This document shows, piece by piece, positions 9,162 through 19,050 of a DNA stretch of 32,000 nt (its first letter is position 1; the number at the start of each line of letters is the position of its first letter). The notes under the pieces were generated by a model that saw nothing but the letters and a program-made list of their open reading frames with translations, had not been told where the DNA came from and did not search any database. Where the stretch lies: NCBI RefSeq assembly GCF_014502795.1, contig NZ_JACVHF010000025.1, positions 9,593 to 41,592 on the forward strand. Direction: 5' to 3'. The stretch comes from Heliobacterium chlorum. Lineage in GTDB: Bacteria > Bacillota > Desulfitobacteriia > Heliobacteriales > Heliobacteriaceae. The translations under genes and the position numbers were made by a program.

Positions 9162-9216
9162 AAAAAAAGAGGAGAGGCCGACAAAATTATGGCCCATCCT
9201 CTTTTTTTTCTTTTTT
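9162..9216. terminator. Bidirectional terminator between convergent genes
   Basis: Stem gaggagaggcc / ggcccatcctc (two internal mismatches), flanked by an A-run on the left and a T-run on the right. Confidence 0.5.
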
Positions 9217-9259
9217 AGAGTTATTGTTGTGTATTATCGGACCTCCAGCTTTGTAGGCC

Positions 9260-10639
9260 TTAACCTTCCCCACATTCTTCTAAGAGCTTTTTCGCTTCCA
9301 CATACATGGCGATTCCGGAAGCGACCTTTTTGGCTTCCCGCATCGCCAGAACTACGGTGGCCGGTTCGTGGACTACATCACCACCGGCAAAGACGCCGCG
9401 CCGAGTTGTCATACCGTAGGGGCGCTCCCGGGTAATGACATAGCCGTTGCGGTCCACTTCGATGCCGCCGGTGGAAGTGATGATCCGTGCTGCTGGTCTC
9501 TGGCCGATGGCGAGGACGATCTTATCAGCAGGAAGGGTTTCTTTCTGGCCTGTACTGACGAGGTGTCCCTCAGAGTCAAAGGTCGTATGTTCTACCTCGA
9601 TGGCAGACAGAATCTCCTCGCCGATAAATTGAACCGGTGACGACATCCAGAGAAAAGAAACTCCTTCGGCTTTGGCGTCTTCGTATTCGCTGCGCAAAGC
9701 CGTAATCTCAGACTCGCCGCGGCGGTAGACTACGGCCACTTTGGAAGCGCCGAGTCGAAGAGCGGTGCGGGCCGCGTCCATGGCCACGTTGCCTGCGCCG
9801 ATGACAAAGACTTTATCACCGATGGAGATGGGAATTTCCCGGTGGCTCACTTTCCCGGCGTTGGCAAGAGAGACCACACGCAGAAAGTAGGCCGCTTGAA
9901 TGACTCCAGGCAATTCGTTGCCGGGGATGTCCATGCGTTTTGGCAGGGCTGTGCCAGTGCCGAGAAATACGGCATCATAGCCTTCGGCAAAAAGCTCATC
10001 TACCGCAATATCTTGACCGACGACCACTTTGTTGTGGAACGTGACGCCCAGGTTCTCGATTTTGGCAATTTCCCTTCGAACGACTTCCTTGTTTAAACGA
10101 AAGTCGGGGATGCCATACATGAGCACACCGCCCGGTTCTTCTTGAGCATCAAAGACGGTGACATCAAAACACTGTTTCGCTAGATCGCCGGCTACAGTCA
10201 GCCCAGCAGGACCGGAGCCAATTACGGCTACTTTTCCTTTATTCAGAACGGGGCAGGCCGTAGGCTGGGTGATCCCCATTTCGGCATCAAAATCGGCGAT
10301 AAATCGTTCCAGTTTGCCGATCTTGATCCCCGAGCCCTTTTTGTTGAGGACACAATAGCTTTCACACTGTTTTTCATGAGCACAGACCCGCCCGCAAACA
10401 GCGGGGAGGTTGCTTCGCTGGGCAATGATCGCGCTGGCTTCGCCGATATTGCCTTGGGCTAATGCTTCAATGAATTGGGGGATTTCGTTTTCGATGGGGC
10501 AGCCGCTGCGGCAGGCCGGTTTCGGACAGCGCAGGCAACGCTTGGCCTCGGCGATGGCTTGTCGCGGTGTGTACCCTTTGTCGATTTCTTCGAAAGAGAG
10601 CTCAACAGTGTCAAAATCGCTTCCTTTATCAATAATCAA
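9260..10639 (-). CDS. NAD(P)H-dependent glutamate synthase small-subunit-like oxidoreductase (GltD / homotetrameric GltA / NfnB family)
   Basis: N-terminal Cys clusters (CLRCPKPACRSGCP, CGRVCAHEKQCESYC). Two dinucleotide-binding folds (VAVIGSGPAGLTVAGDLA, VFVIGAGNVAMDAA). 459 aa. Confidence 0.85.
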   Translation of the reverse strand: MIIDKGSDFDTVELSFEEIDKGYTPRQAIAEAKRCLRCPKPACRSGCPIENEIPQFIEALAQGNIGEASAIIAQRSNLPAVCGRVCAHEKQCESYCVLNKKGSGIKIGKLERFIADFDAEMGITQPTACPVLNKGKVAVIGSGPAGLTVAGDLAKQCFDVTVFDAQEEPGGVLMYGIPDFRLNKEVVRREIAKIENLGVTFHNKVVVGQDIAVDELFAEGYDAVFLGTGTALPKRMDIPGNELPGVIQAAYFLRVVSLANAGKVSHREIPISIGDKVFVIGAGNVAMDAARTALRLGASKVAVVYRRGESEITALRSEYEDAKAEGVSFLWMSSPVQFIGEEILSAIEVEHTTFDSEGHLVSTGQKETLPADKIVLAIGQRPAARIITSTGGIEVDRNGYVITRERPYGMTTRRGVFAGGDVVHEPATVVLAMREAKKVASGIAMYVEAKKLLEECGEG

Positions 10640-10723
10640 TGGAATCCCCCCGCTTTATTCGTGGTAAGAATATTTGGACCTATAATAATTCCCTAACTTC
10701 TGAGGGATTCCTGCATGGGTAAA

Positions 10724-10765
10724 GATGAAAGAAAGCTCCCTAGTACGTTGATGTACCGGGGAGCT
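10724..10765 (-). terminator. Probable terminator of cshA
   Basis: On the minus strand: agctccc ... gggagct stem with an inner gtac/gtac pairing, followed by ttctttc. Confidence 0.4.
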
Positions 10766-10772
10766 GTTTACT

Positions 10773-12224
10773 TTAATGAAGTGTTTGTTGAGGTAGGTTT
10801 CGAGGGGGCGGGTTGAATTTTCCCCGGTTGTTTTTGTCGCCGGCATAGACTCGCCCTCGGTTGCCAGTGCCTTTGTGCGTTTTCTTTTGAAAAGGCTTAC
10901 GAACTCTCAGGGGTGATTCAGGGGTAAGTTGAATCGTGAGATTGTTCGTTTCTTTGGTCAGCAGTTTCAAGGCTGCCGCTAATAGGGAGACCGAATCTTC
11001 TTCATTCAGCAATTCCTCGGCTCGGGTTTTATAGGGGTCGATACGCCCTTCTTGGACAACTCGCAACAGTTTATCCATAGCCAAGCGCTGTTGGCCTTCC
11101 CGGGCTTCGGTGACGGTAGGGATCGACATGCGAAGCATCTTTCGCCGGGTCGACCGCTCGATGGTCCGCAGATGATCGATCTCGCGGGGGGTGATAAAGG
11201 TGACAGCTACACCAGTCTGGCCGGCCCGGCCCGTTCGTCCGATGCGGTGCACGTAACCCTCCGGGTCTTGGGGGATATCGAAGTTGTACACGTGGGTGAC
11301 GCCGCTGATATCCAAGCCGCGAGCGGCTACATCGGTGGCGACCAAGATCTCCACAGTCCCTTCGCGGAACTGGCGGATGACACTGTCCCGTTTGCCTTGG
11401 GTCAGATCGCCGTGAATGCCCTCGGCTGAGTAGCCCCGTTTTTTCAAGGCTTCTGACAGTTCATCGACCCGCCGCTTGGTACGGCCGAAGACGATAGAAC
11501 GTTCCGGCGATTGAATGTCAAGCAGGCGAGAGAGTACGTCAAACTTCTGGCGCTCCTGCATTTCGACGTACTGCTGTTCGACCAGGGGAATGGTAACTTC
11601 CTTGGCTTGGATTTTAATCAACTCAGGATCTTTCATGAACCGTTGGGCCAATGTTTGGATTGGTCTGGGCATCGTGGCGGAGAACAGGAGTGTCTGCCGG
11701 GTATCGGGCGTTTCTTGCAGAATCGTTTCGATGTCTTCTAAAAAGCCCATGTTTAACATTTCATCGGCTTCGTCGAGGACAATGATGCTGATTTGCCCGA
11801 GACGGATCGTTTTTCTACGCATATGATCCATCAGCCGGCCTGGCGTCGCCACGACGATTTGGGGATGCTTTTTCAAGGCCCGAATCTGCCGGACGATATC
11901 CTGTCCCCCGTAGATAGGCAACGACTGGACTCCAGCCTGGTTCCCGATCCGGTTGAGTTCTTCGGCCACTTGAATAGCCAATTCCCGGGTGGGCGTCAGG
12001 ACGATTGCTTGCAGTTGTCCTTCTTTGTTGCTTGACTTTTCGATCAGGGGAATGCCGAAAGCGGCCGTTTTTCCCGTGCCTGTCTGGGCCTGCCCGATCA
12101 GATCTTTTCCATCCATAGCCGGAGGGATCGTTTGCGCCTGAATCGGTGTTGGCTCCTCAAAGCCCATGGTATTGAGAGACTGCAGAATTCTATCGGAAAT
12201 GCCTAACGCTTTGAATTTTTCCAA
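10773..12224 (-). CDS. cshA: DEAD-box ATP-dependent RNA helicase CshA
   Basis: Long collinear similarity, from memory, to Bacillus CshA ([56 protein letters not shown]). The likely start is TTG at 12224, preceded by GGAGGA. The track ORF extends to ATG 12290 without an SD. Confidence 0.9.
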   Translation of the reverse strand: MEKFKALGISDRILQSLNTMGFEEPTPIQAQTIPPAMDGKDLIGQAQTGTGKTAAFGIPLIEKSSNKEGQLQAIVLTPTRELAIQVAEELNRIGNQAGVQSLPIYGGQDIVRQIRALKKHPQIVVATPGRLMDHMRRKTIRLGQISIIVLDEADEMLNMGFLEDIETILQETPDTRQTLLFSATMPRPIQTLAQRFMKDPELIKIQAKEVTIPLVEQQYVEMQERQKFDVLSRLLDIQSPERSIVFGRTKRRVDELSEALKKRGYSAEGIHGDLTQGKRDSVIRQFREGTVEILVATDVAARGLDISGVTHVYNFDIPQDPEGYVHRIGRTGRAGQTGVAVTFITPREIDHLRTIERSTRRKMLRMSIPTVTEAREGQQRLAMDKLLRVVQEGRIDPYKTRAEELLNEEDSVSLLAAALKLLTKETNNLTIQLTPESPLRVRKPFQKKTHKGTGNRGRVYAGDKNNRGKFNPPPRNLPQQTLH

Positions 12225-12429
12225 CCTGCTCCATCCTCCATTATCTATACTGCTCTTAGGTTTGCCGGGGATGGAGTGGACTATTATCATAATTTTTCGA
12301 GGTTCGAAGCCAAGCTTTCGAAAAGGTGGATAGGAATTGAGTAGTTGCAGGCCTATCGGTGAAAAGCTAAACTATTTTTGACTTTCGATGAGAGAATCTG
12401 TGTGTAAAGCGGTTGGAATGGGGATGTAA

Positions 12430-14916
12430 GTGATACAATTTCCGGTCGATTCTATATTGCAGTCACTATCTGAAACATTACAAAAGTATCGCAATGCGGT
12501 ACTGGTGGCGCCTCCTGGAGCGGGAAAAACGACCCGAGTGCCACTGGCGCTACTGGAAGAAGATTGGCTTGTGGGGCGCAAGATCTTGATGCTAGAACCT
12601 CGCCGTCTGGCGGCCCGGTCGGCAGCCCGTTTTATGGCCGCTTCACTCGGAGAGTCGGTGGGGGAACGAGTGGGCTACCGGGTCCGTTTGGACAGTCGTG
12701 TCGGGCCGAAAACAGGGATCGAAGTCATCACCGAAGGCGTACTGACCCGCATTCTACAGGCGGACCCTGCCCTGGAGGATGTAGGGCTGGTGATTTTCGA
12801 CGAGTTTCATGAGCGAAGCCTCCAGGCTGATTTAGGGTTGGCGCTCTGCCTGCAGTCGCAGTCGCTTCTTCGGGAAGACCTCCGACTGTTAGTCATGTCG
12901 GCTACGCTCGATACCGAACCGGTGGCCGCGCTTCTGGGAAATGTGCCGGTGGTTCAAAGCGAGGGCCGTGCCTATCCTGTGGAGACTCAATACTTGGAGC
13001 GATCCCGTGACGGGAGCATCGAGCCGCTGGTGGTCCGAGCGATTCAGGATTCCCTGCACCAAGATCCCGGAGATATTTTAGTCTTTTTACCGGGTGCAGG
13101 GGAAATCGGACGGATAGAAGATCGGCTGGTCGAGATGAGATTAGATAAACAAGTGATGATCTGCCCGCTCTACGGCAACCTTAGCCAGGACGCTCAGGAC
13201 AAAGCCATTGCTCCAAGCCCGCCGGGAGTGCGCAAAGTGGTGCTGGCAACGTCGATCGCGGAGACAAGCCTGACGGTAGAGGGAGTTCGAGTGGTCATCG
13301 ACAGCGGGCTCATGCGGGTGCCGCGCTTTTCTCCTCGAACCGGAATGACTCGATTGGAGACGGTGCTGGTTTCCCGAGCTTCCGCTGACCAACGGCGGGG
13401 ACGGGCAGGCCGGTTGGCACCGGGAAAATGCTATCGTCTGTGGACTCGCCAAGAGGATCTTCGCTTGCTTCCGCAGGGCACGCCGGAGATATCGCAGGCC
13501 GACCTGGCCCCTCTCGCCCTCGAACTGGCTGCTTGGGGAATTTCGGACCCGGCAGAGCTTTCTTGGCTCGATCCGCCGCCGAAGGGCGCCTTTGACCAAG
13601 CCTGTGCGCTGCTCCGGCAACTGGGTGCCCTCGGCGGTGACGGCAAGATCACCTCCCATGGACGGCAGATGGCCGAATCGGGATTGCATCCCCGGCTGGC
13701 TCATATGATCGTGCAGGCGATTCCGCTCGGACAGGGAGGACTTGCCTGTGAACTGGCGGCTATCCTCAGTGAGCGGGACATTTTCCGGATTAGTGGAACG
13801 ACCGATGGAGATATACGTCTTCGAGTGGAAGCGCTGCGTGCTGACAAGGAAGACCTCTACGGAGTGGGCAAGGCTGCCCTTCGGAGAGCCCGCACCGAGG
13901 CAAAGCACTGGAAGAGAGTATTCCAGATCCCTCTGAACAACAAAGCCAGCGAGATTAACGCAAGTGGACTTCTGCTGGCCTTTGCCTACCCTGATCGGAT
14001 TGCCCAAGGTCGGGGCGGCGGTAGGTACCTGCTTCGAAACGGGCGCGGTGCAGCCTTGGCGAAGGATCAACCCCTGGCAGAGGAACCGTACCTCGTAGCA
14101 GTGGAACTGGATGATCAGGGCGCAGAGGGCCGCATATTCCTGGCAGCGCCGGTCGAACTGTCTGATCTGATGGAATACTTCAGAGAACAAGTCGAAATAG
14201 AATCGGTGGTCGCCTGGGACAGGTCGGCACAAGCAGTGCGGGCACGAAAACGCGAACGGCTCGGTTCGCTCATCCTTAAAGAAGTAAATATGACTGATGC
14301 CGATCCGGAAGCAACGGTGGCAGCGCTTCTCGATGGGATCCTCGAAGAAGGCCACGAAATTTTACCGTGGACGAAAGCGGCTCGCCAGTTTCAGTATCGC
14401 TTGCAATTTATGCACCGGCAAAATCCAACCTGGCCTGATATGTCCGAGAGTGTGCTGAAAGATCGTCTTTCCGAGTGGCTTGGACCGCACTTATACGGGC
14501 TGCGAAGCCGGGAAGACTTGCAATCGTTGAACATTGTGCCCATTTTTGAATCAATGCTTTCGTGGGAGCAGCGCCGGGAACTGGATGAGAGCGCTCCCAC
14601 TCATATTCTTGTGCCCAGCGGCCAGCGAATTCCCATTGACTATAGCGTACCTGAGTCGCCGGTGTTGGCCGTCCGGCTGCAAGAGATGTTCGGGCTGGCT
14701 GAAACGCCGACGATCTGCCGGGGACGGGTTCCCCTGACCCTGCACTTGCTCTCGCCGGCCCATCGTCCGGTTCAAGTGACCCGCGATCTGGCTAACTTCT
14801 GGCGAGAGACCTATTTTGAGGTGCGCAAAGACTTAAAGGGACGTTACCCGAAACATTATTGGCCCGATGATCCCTGGAATGCGATCCCGACGAACCGGGT
14901 TCGACCGCGGGTTTAG
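12430..14916 (+). CDS. hrpB: ATP-dependent RNA helicase HrpB (DEAH-box)
   Basis: APPGAGKTTRVP (motif I), FDEFHERS (DEAH), SATL and QRRGRAGR. The 828-aa length with a long C-terminal HrpB-type domain fits. GTG start. Confidence 0.9.
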   Translation: MIQFPVDSILQSLSETLQKYRNAVLVAPPGAGKTTRVPLALLEEDWLVGRKILMLEPRRLAARSAARFMAASLGESVGERVGYRVRLDSRVGPKTGIEVITEGVLTRILQADPALEDVGLVIFDEFHERSLQADLGLALCLQSQSLLREDLRLLVMSATLDTEPVAALLGNVPVVQSEGRAYPVETQYLERSRDGSIEPLVVRAIQDSLHQDPGDILVFLPGAGEIGRIEDRLVEMRLDKQVMICPLYGNLSQDAQDKAIAPSPPGVRKVVLATSIAETSLTVEGVRVVIDSGLMRVPRFSPRTGMTRLETVLVSRASADQRRGRAGRLAPGKCYRLWTRQEDLRLLPQGTPEISQADLAPLALELAAWGISDPAELSWLDPPPKGAFDQACALLRQLGALGGDGKITSHGRQMAESGLHPRLAHMIVQAIPLGQGGLACELAAILSERDIFRISGTTDGDIRLRVEALRADKEDLYGVGKAALRRARTEAKHWKRVFQIPLNNKASEINASGLLLAFAYPDRIAQGRGGGRYLLRNGRGAALAKDQPLAEEPYLVAVELDDQGAEGRIFLAAPVELSDLMEYFREQVEIESVVAWDRSAQAVRARKRERLGSLILKEVNMTDADPEATVAALLDGILEEGHEILPWTKAARQFQYRLQFMHRQNPTWPDMSESVLKDRLSEWLGPHLYGLRSREDLQSLNIVPIFESMLSWEQRRELDESAPTHILVPSGQRIPIDYSVPESPVLAVRLQEMFGLAETPTICRGRVPLTLHLLSPAHRPVQVTRDLANFWRETYFEVRKDLKGRYPKHYWPDDPWNAIPTNRVRPRV

Positions 14917-14948
14917 CAAAATAAGATATTTATACTTACAATCCATTC

Positions 14949-14976
14949 ACGCCTATGCACTCGCATAGGCGTTTTA
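14949..14976 (+). terminator. Hairpin after hrpB (weak U-tract)
   Basis: acgcctatgc / gcataggcgt 10-bp stem, loop actc, then ttttaaaa. Confidence 0.4.
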
Positions 14977-15301
14977 AAACCCATTACACAGGCAAAAGAA
15001 AAAACAATTATAAACAGTTAAATACTATTCGGGCAAGTCTGTTGTAGAATGGGCACTATAAATTTAAATATTTAGGTAAAAGAATAAGTAAAATAGAGTT
15101 TCAAAAAAGGTTGCGTAGAATAATATAAAATAGTAACATGAATTAAATACCTAAAAAAGGTACTTTAAACAAATAAAATGGAATTCCTTTAAAAGTCTAA
15201 AGAAGTAAATAAATTGTAGAATTATTTTATCAACCAGACTTGAACTAAAAATTAACTGTTTAGGTATTACAACACTCCTTTTCTAGACTTGTTGGAGGAA
15301 T

Positions 15302-16237
15302 ATGCAAATGAATATAAGTGTTTCTAAGCTTAAGGAATTGGTAAATGAGTATCTTGATTCTATTAAACTTGAACGAAACTTGGCACTTAAAACCATAAAG
15401 GCATACCAATCAGATTTAAACATTTTGTCAAATTGGATAGAAGATTCACAAGGATGTTTTCAAGAAGAAAGTTGTTTGTGTTATATTCATGAGGTGTTTG
15501 GTTCTAAATTATCTGATGCTACTAAAAAACGAAAAATTATATGTATAAAATCCTTTCTAAATTACCTGATAGACTTAGGTTTTTTGAATCAGACACAGTG
15601 GATGAAAAACAAAAAAAGATTTGTAACTACAAAACGAGTACCGAAAACGTTAAGCGGACATGAAGTAGTACACTTATTAAACGCACCAAAAAATGAGCTC
15701 TTAATTTATAAAAGCAATATTAGAAGAACGATCTGTTATAGAAACGTTGCTATTTTAGAACTACTTTATTCGACAGGAATTCGTATTGGAGAATTAGTAG
15801 AGATTACGTTAAGCGCGCTGGACCTACAGGAAAGGACGTTGCTTATAATGGGAAAAGGTAGGAAAGAGCGGTTATTATATATTTCTAACGAAGAAGTCTT
15901 ACATGCTTTAGAAGATTGGTTAAATGTAAGAAGCCTACTAATTCCCAAAAGTAATAGTTTATACATAAATAGGTTTGGGGACAAAATGTCTATTTTTGCA
16001 GTGGAAGAGGTATTTAAAAAGTACAAAAAAATGACTAAAATCAATCCCAAGGCCACTCCGCACTATCTCAGACATACGTTTGCAACTCAATTGTTAAATA
16101 ACGGAGCCGACCTTCGTGCCGTTCAAGAAATTTTGGGACACTCAAGTATAAGTACTACTCAAATTTACACTGAAGTCTCATTGGCTAGGAAAAAAGATGT
16201 ACTCATAAAATATAATCCACGAAATCGCCTTTTATAA
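15302..16237 (+). CDS. Tyrosine recombinase / integrase (XerC/XerD-like)
   Basis: N-terminal SAM-like domain (LERNLALKTIKAYQSDLNIL). Catalytic signature YSTGIRIGEL (Arg), HYLRHTFAT (HxxR) and LGHSSISTTQIYTEV (His...Tyr). GGAGG lies upstream. The second ATG at 15308 has better SD spacing. Confidence 0.9.
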   Translation: MQMNISVSKLKELVNEYLDSIKLERNLALKTIKAYQSDLNILSNWIEDSQGCFQEESCLCYIHEVFGSKLSDATKKRKIICIKSFLNYLIDLGFLNQTQWMKNKKRFVTTKRVPKTLSGHEVVHLLNAPKNELLIYKSNIRRTICYRNVAILELLYSTGIRIGELVEITLSALDLQERTLLIMGKGRKERLLYISNEEVLHALEDWLNVRSLLIPKSNSLYINRFGDKMSIFAVEEVFKKYKKMTKINPKATPHYLRHTFATQLLNNGADLRAVQEILGHSSISTTQIYTEVSLARKKDVLIKYNPRNRLL

Positions 16238-16245
16238 TTAATAAT

Positions 16246-16270
16246 GTTGTTGACCGGTGGAGTCAACAAC
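16246..16270. promoter_or_regulatory. Inverted repeat (9-bp arms, 7-bp spacer) 9 nt after the integrase stop
   Basis: gttgttgac cggtgga gtcaacaac. There is no adjacent U-tract. It could be a weak terminator or a recombinase core-type site. Confidence 0.35.
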
Positions 16271-16299
16271 TATAATGCAAACGTTTTTTAAAAAATAAC

Positions 16300-16329
16300 C
16301 CTAAAATAACTAAAAATTATTTGGGGGTA
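16300..16329 (+). repeat. Shared leader element, copy 1 (upstream of the TIR gene)
   Basis: cctaaaataactaaaaattatttgggggta matches the reverse complement of 18921-18950 at 28 of 30 positions. The G-run sits 7 nt before the ATG. Confidence 0.85.
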
Positions 16330-16334
16330 AAGGA

Positions 16335-17845
16335 ATGGAAAGCTATGACGTATTTGTTTCATATGCTTCAGAAGATAAACACGATATCGTAGTACCTTTA
16401 GTACTTGAATTGGAAAGAACAACATTAAGGTCTGGTATGACGACTTTAATATTGAATTAGGCGATAGCTTAAATCAAACAATTAACAAAGGCTTATCAAA
16501 TTCAAGGTATGGAATAGTAATCCTCAGTCATAACTTTTTTAAAAAAGAATGGCCTATAAGAGAACTAAATGCATTATTAAGTAAAGAGAAGCTTGGGGAA
16601 AAAGTCATCTTGCCCGTTCTTCATAATATATCTATTGAAGAAATTAAGAATTATTCGTTATTACTAGCTGACAAGGCTGGAGTTCAAAGCAAAAAAGGAT
16701 TGGACGTGGTAGTCAAACAAATAATGGGTGTAGTATCCAAAAAACCAAATTTTCCAGGGGCAGTGCAGGAGTATATTCCTGTACCCAACATGAATTTTAA
16801 TGAGATTATAAAGTACTGCAAAACATCATCGTACGATGGAATAAAGAAAGCTGGAGAACAGTTAGAAAAATTTATTAAGATATCGGAAATTGATTTGGAA
16901 TTGGCTTTTCTTGGAGCCCAGCATGTAGTTAGTCTTATATTAATAGATGTTTACTTTTACCTGTATCAGTCTAGAGAGAGAATAAATAGTATTAAAGATG
17001 TAGAAAATGCAAACTTGTTATGTCAGGTTCTGGGGAAAAATACCTTAGGACAGATTAAAATAATCTACAATTTAGGTGATATAGCCCTCCGTAATAATGG
17101 TTTTTATACAAAAGAAACGATTAATCAAACAGACCTAAATGTATGCAAACAATCTCTAAAAGGAATACTTAATTGGTATTTTAACTCATATTACTCAAAA
17201 AAAACCAATAAGGATAGATTGTGTCTGGTTAAACCCGGAGAATTTTATAAAGAAGATATCCAAGAAATATACACCATAGAATCAAAGTTTTTCGATCCAA
17301 GCTTTATATCTCCTGTAGAAGTTGCGACCCAATGGTATGAACACAACAATAAAACACTAATTGGGGTGAGAGATACTTTAACTGGAAAATTAGTTGGGTT
17401 TTTGTGCACGCTACCTATTACCAATGAGTTGTTTGAAAAAATATCATCCGGTGAATACATTGATACACATATATCAACTGAAGATATCAGGCTATACAAC
17501 TTACCCGATTTTTATAAGCTTTACTTATGTTCGTTATGTGTAGATCCCGAGTATACACATACAAGTGCATTAAGACTTATTTACAGGTCTTTTATTGAAC
17601 AGTTATTCGACTTAGCAGTTTATGATGAAATATATATTACCGATATAGTCGCTGATGCCATCAGCTCCAAGGGGGAAGAGTTATGTAAGTTTATACGTAT
17701 GAAATTTTATAAAAACACATTACATGGTACTAAAATATACAAAGATTCTCTTTTGCCGCCCTCTGTCACATTGAAAGGAAGAGAGGGTTTAAAGCTTATG
17801 AACTATTATAAGATGATTTACGAGCAGTATATAGATTTACTTTAG
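16335..17845 (+). pseudogene. TIR-domain protein (TIR + helical middle + GNAT-like C-terminus) interrupted by a 1-nt frameshift near 16416-16420
   Basis: The frame from ATG 16335 gives MESYDVFVSYASEDKHDIVVPLVLELER, then stops at 16458-16460. The next frame continues NNIKVWYDDFNIELGDSLNQTINKGLSNSRYGIVILSHNFFKKEWPIRELNALL (TIR core with the WxxxEL motif) and runs into track ORF 16610..17845. The C-terminal region (LVGFLCTLPI ... LYLCSLCVDPEY) looks GNAT-like but lacks a clear Q/RxxGxG/A motif. Confidence 0.75.
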
Positions 17846-18915
17846 GGTATACACTCCGTAAGCTCAAAAATTGGATCATTTAATGCGCTTAATTGCGATG
17901 ATACTAGCCGAATGATATCATCTTTATCTTTTTCAAATAAACTAATCATTGCTCTGTTAAGCTCGCAATATTCATTAATATGATTGTTTGAAAATTTTAA
18001 ATGCATTCTGCCACAACGACCATAACACATTTCAAAGCAACTCTTTTGAACACAGATTGACTCTTTACATGTAAAGCTTCCGAAATTTACCAATGTGCTA
18101 ACACTGCCTATGTAAAACTCACTGTTGTTCATTTCTTCTGAGCAACTATAACAATTTCCATTTGTCTGAACATAAACGCTACCGTAATTAAAACCGCATA
18201 ATATACCACTAGATTTTTTAATTTTCATTAGTAGTCTTACCATGCTCATAAAAGGTATTATGTTTAGCATACTACCTTTTCTTAAACTATTTATCCAAAC
18301 CTGATATAGTAATTTAGTCTCATAGATATACGTTTTTGAAAAATCCTCAAATCTATTAAACGTGTAACAGTTCTCTATTTGCCAATGAACGTAATCAAAG
18401 AAATTTAATACTTGCATTACGTTGGTATAAACACTTACTTTTTCGGTTATTGTGAGTCTACCAAGAATTGTTATGTTGCTCAATTGTCTGATGTAATTTA
18501 TGTTATTTATAATCTTAGCAAAATAACTATTGTATAGACCGTACGAAGGTATTTTCTCATAGTTAATTGATATTATTATGCGATTAAGCGCTGAAAGAAT
18601 TTCTAAGGGTATTTTGTCTAAAAGTATACCATTAGTATGTAATATATATTTTACAGGCATTGTTTCGACGACAAAACCAATTTCTTGTATAACTTTAAAG
18701 ATATAGTCGTAATCCAATGTTGGTTCGCCGCCAAAAAAGAGAATATTTATTTCATTATCGTTATAAGTTTTTTGTGTTTTTATTATAAATTCTTTTAACT
18801 GCCCTATTGAGTATGATGGCTTTTCTGGATAACAGTTATTCTTATTGATATTTACACCGGAGCAATAATTACAATCCAAATTACAGTTGTTTGTTACGAA
18901 AATATAATATTCCAT
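17842..18915 (-). CDS. Radical SAM enzyme with a C-terminal SPASM/twitch-type Cys-rich domain
   Basis: CNLDCNYC (CX3CX2C), FFGGEPTL (GGE motif) and HTNG. The C-terminal cysteines are CGFNYGSVYVQTNGNCYSC ... CKESICVQKSCFEMCYGRCG. The likely start is ATG 18915 (MEYYIFVTNNCN), 7 nt after a G6 run. The track start 18930 is a TTG inside that run. Confidence 0.85.
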   Translation of the reverse strand: MEYYIFVTNNCNLDCNYCSGVNINKNNCYPEKPSYSIGQLKEFIIKTQKTYNDNEINILFFGGEPTLDYDYIFKVIQEIGFVVETMPVKYILHTNGILLDKIPLEILSALNRIIISINYEKIPSYGLYNSYFAKIINNINYIRQLSNITILGRLTITEKVSVYTNVMQVLNFFDYVHWQIENCYTFNRFEDFSKTYIYETKLLYQVWINSLRKGSMLNIIPFMSMVRLLMKIKKSSGILCGFNYGSVYVQTNGNCYSCSEEMNNSEFYIGSVSTLVNFGSFTCKESICVQKSCFEMCYGRCGRMHLKFSNNHINEYCELNRAMISLFEKDKDDIIRLVSSQLSALNDPIFELTECIP

Positions 18916-18920
18916 AAGAT

Positions 18921-18950
18921 AACCCCCCAATAATTTTTAGTTATTTTAGG
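18921..18950 (-). repeat. Shared leader element, copy 2 (upstream of the radical SAM gene)
   Basis: The reverse complement reads cctaaaataactaaaaattattggggggtt. The first 22 nt are identical to 16300-16321. Confidence 0.85.
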
Positions 18951-19050
18951 ATATAAACTCTAACAAAAATATTTTTGAGTGATTGTTTTAATTGGGTTTC
19001 TTAATTATTCTCAGTTTTAAATCTCATTTATTTTCGGGGTTTGGTTGTTG

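Noticed and set aside
13141-14355. 404-aa minus-strand ORF inside hrpB
   Set aside because: It lies entirely antisense to a helicase gene with clear motifs. Its Arg/Ser/Pro/Cys-rich composition is typical of the reverse frame of GC-rich coding DNA. It has no SD and no recognisable domain.
19001-19027. 7-codon minus-strand ORF (MRFKTENN) between the TIR-SLOG and radical SAM genes, as a possible RiPP precursor for the SPASM enzyme
   Set aside because: It has no SD, is far too short, and has no Cys/Ser/Thr-rich core. It most likely arises by chance in AT-rich DNA. No other candidate precursor ORF was seen next to the radical SAM gene.
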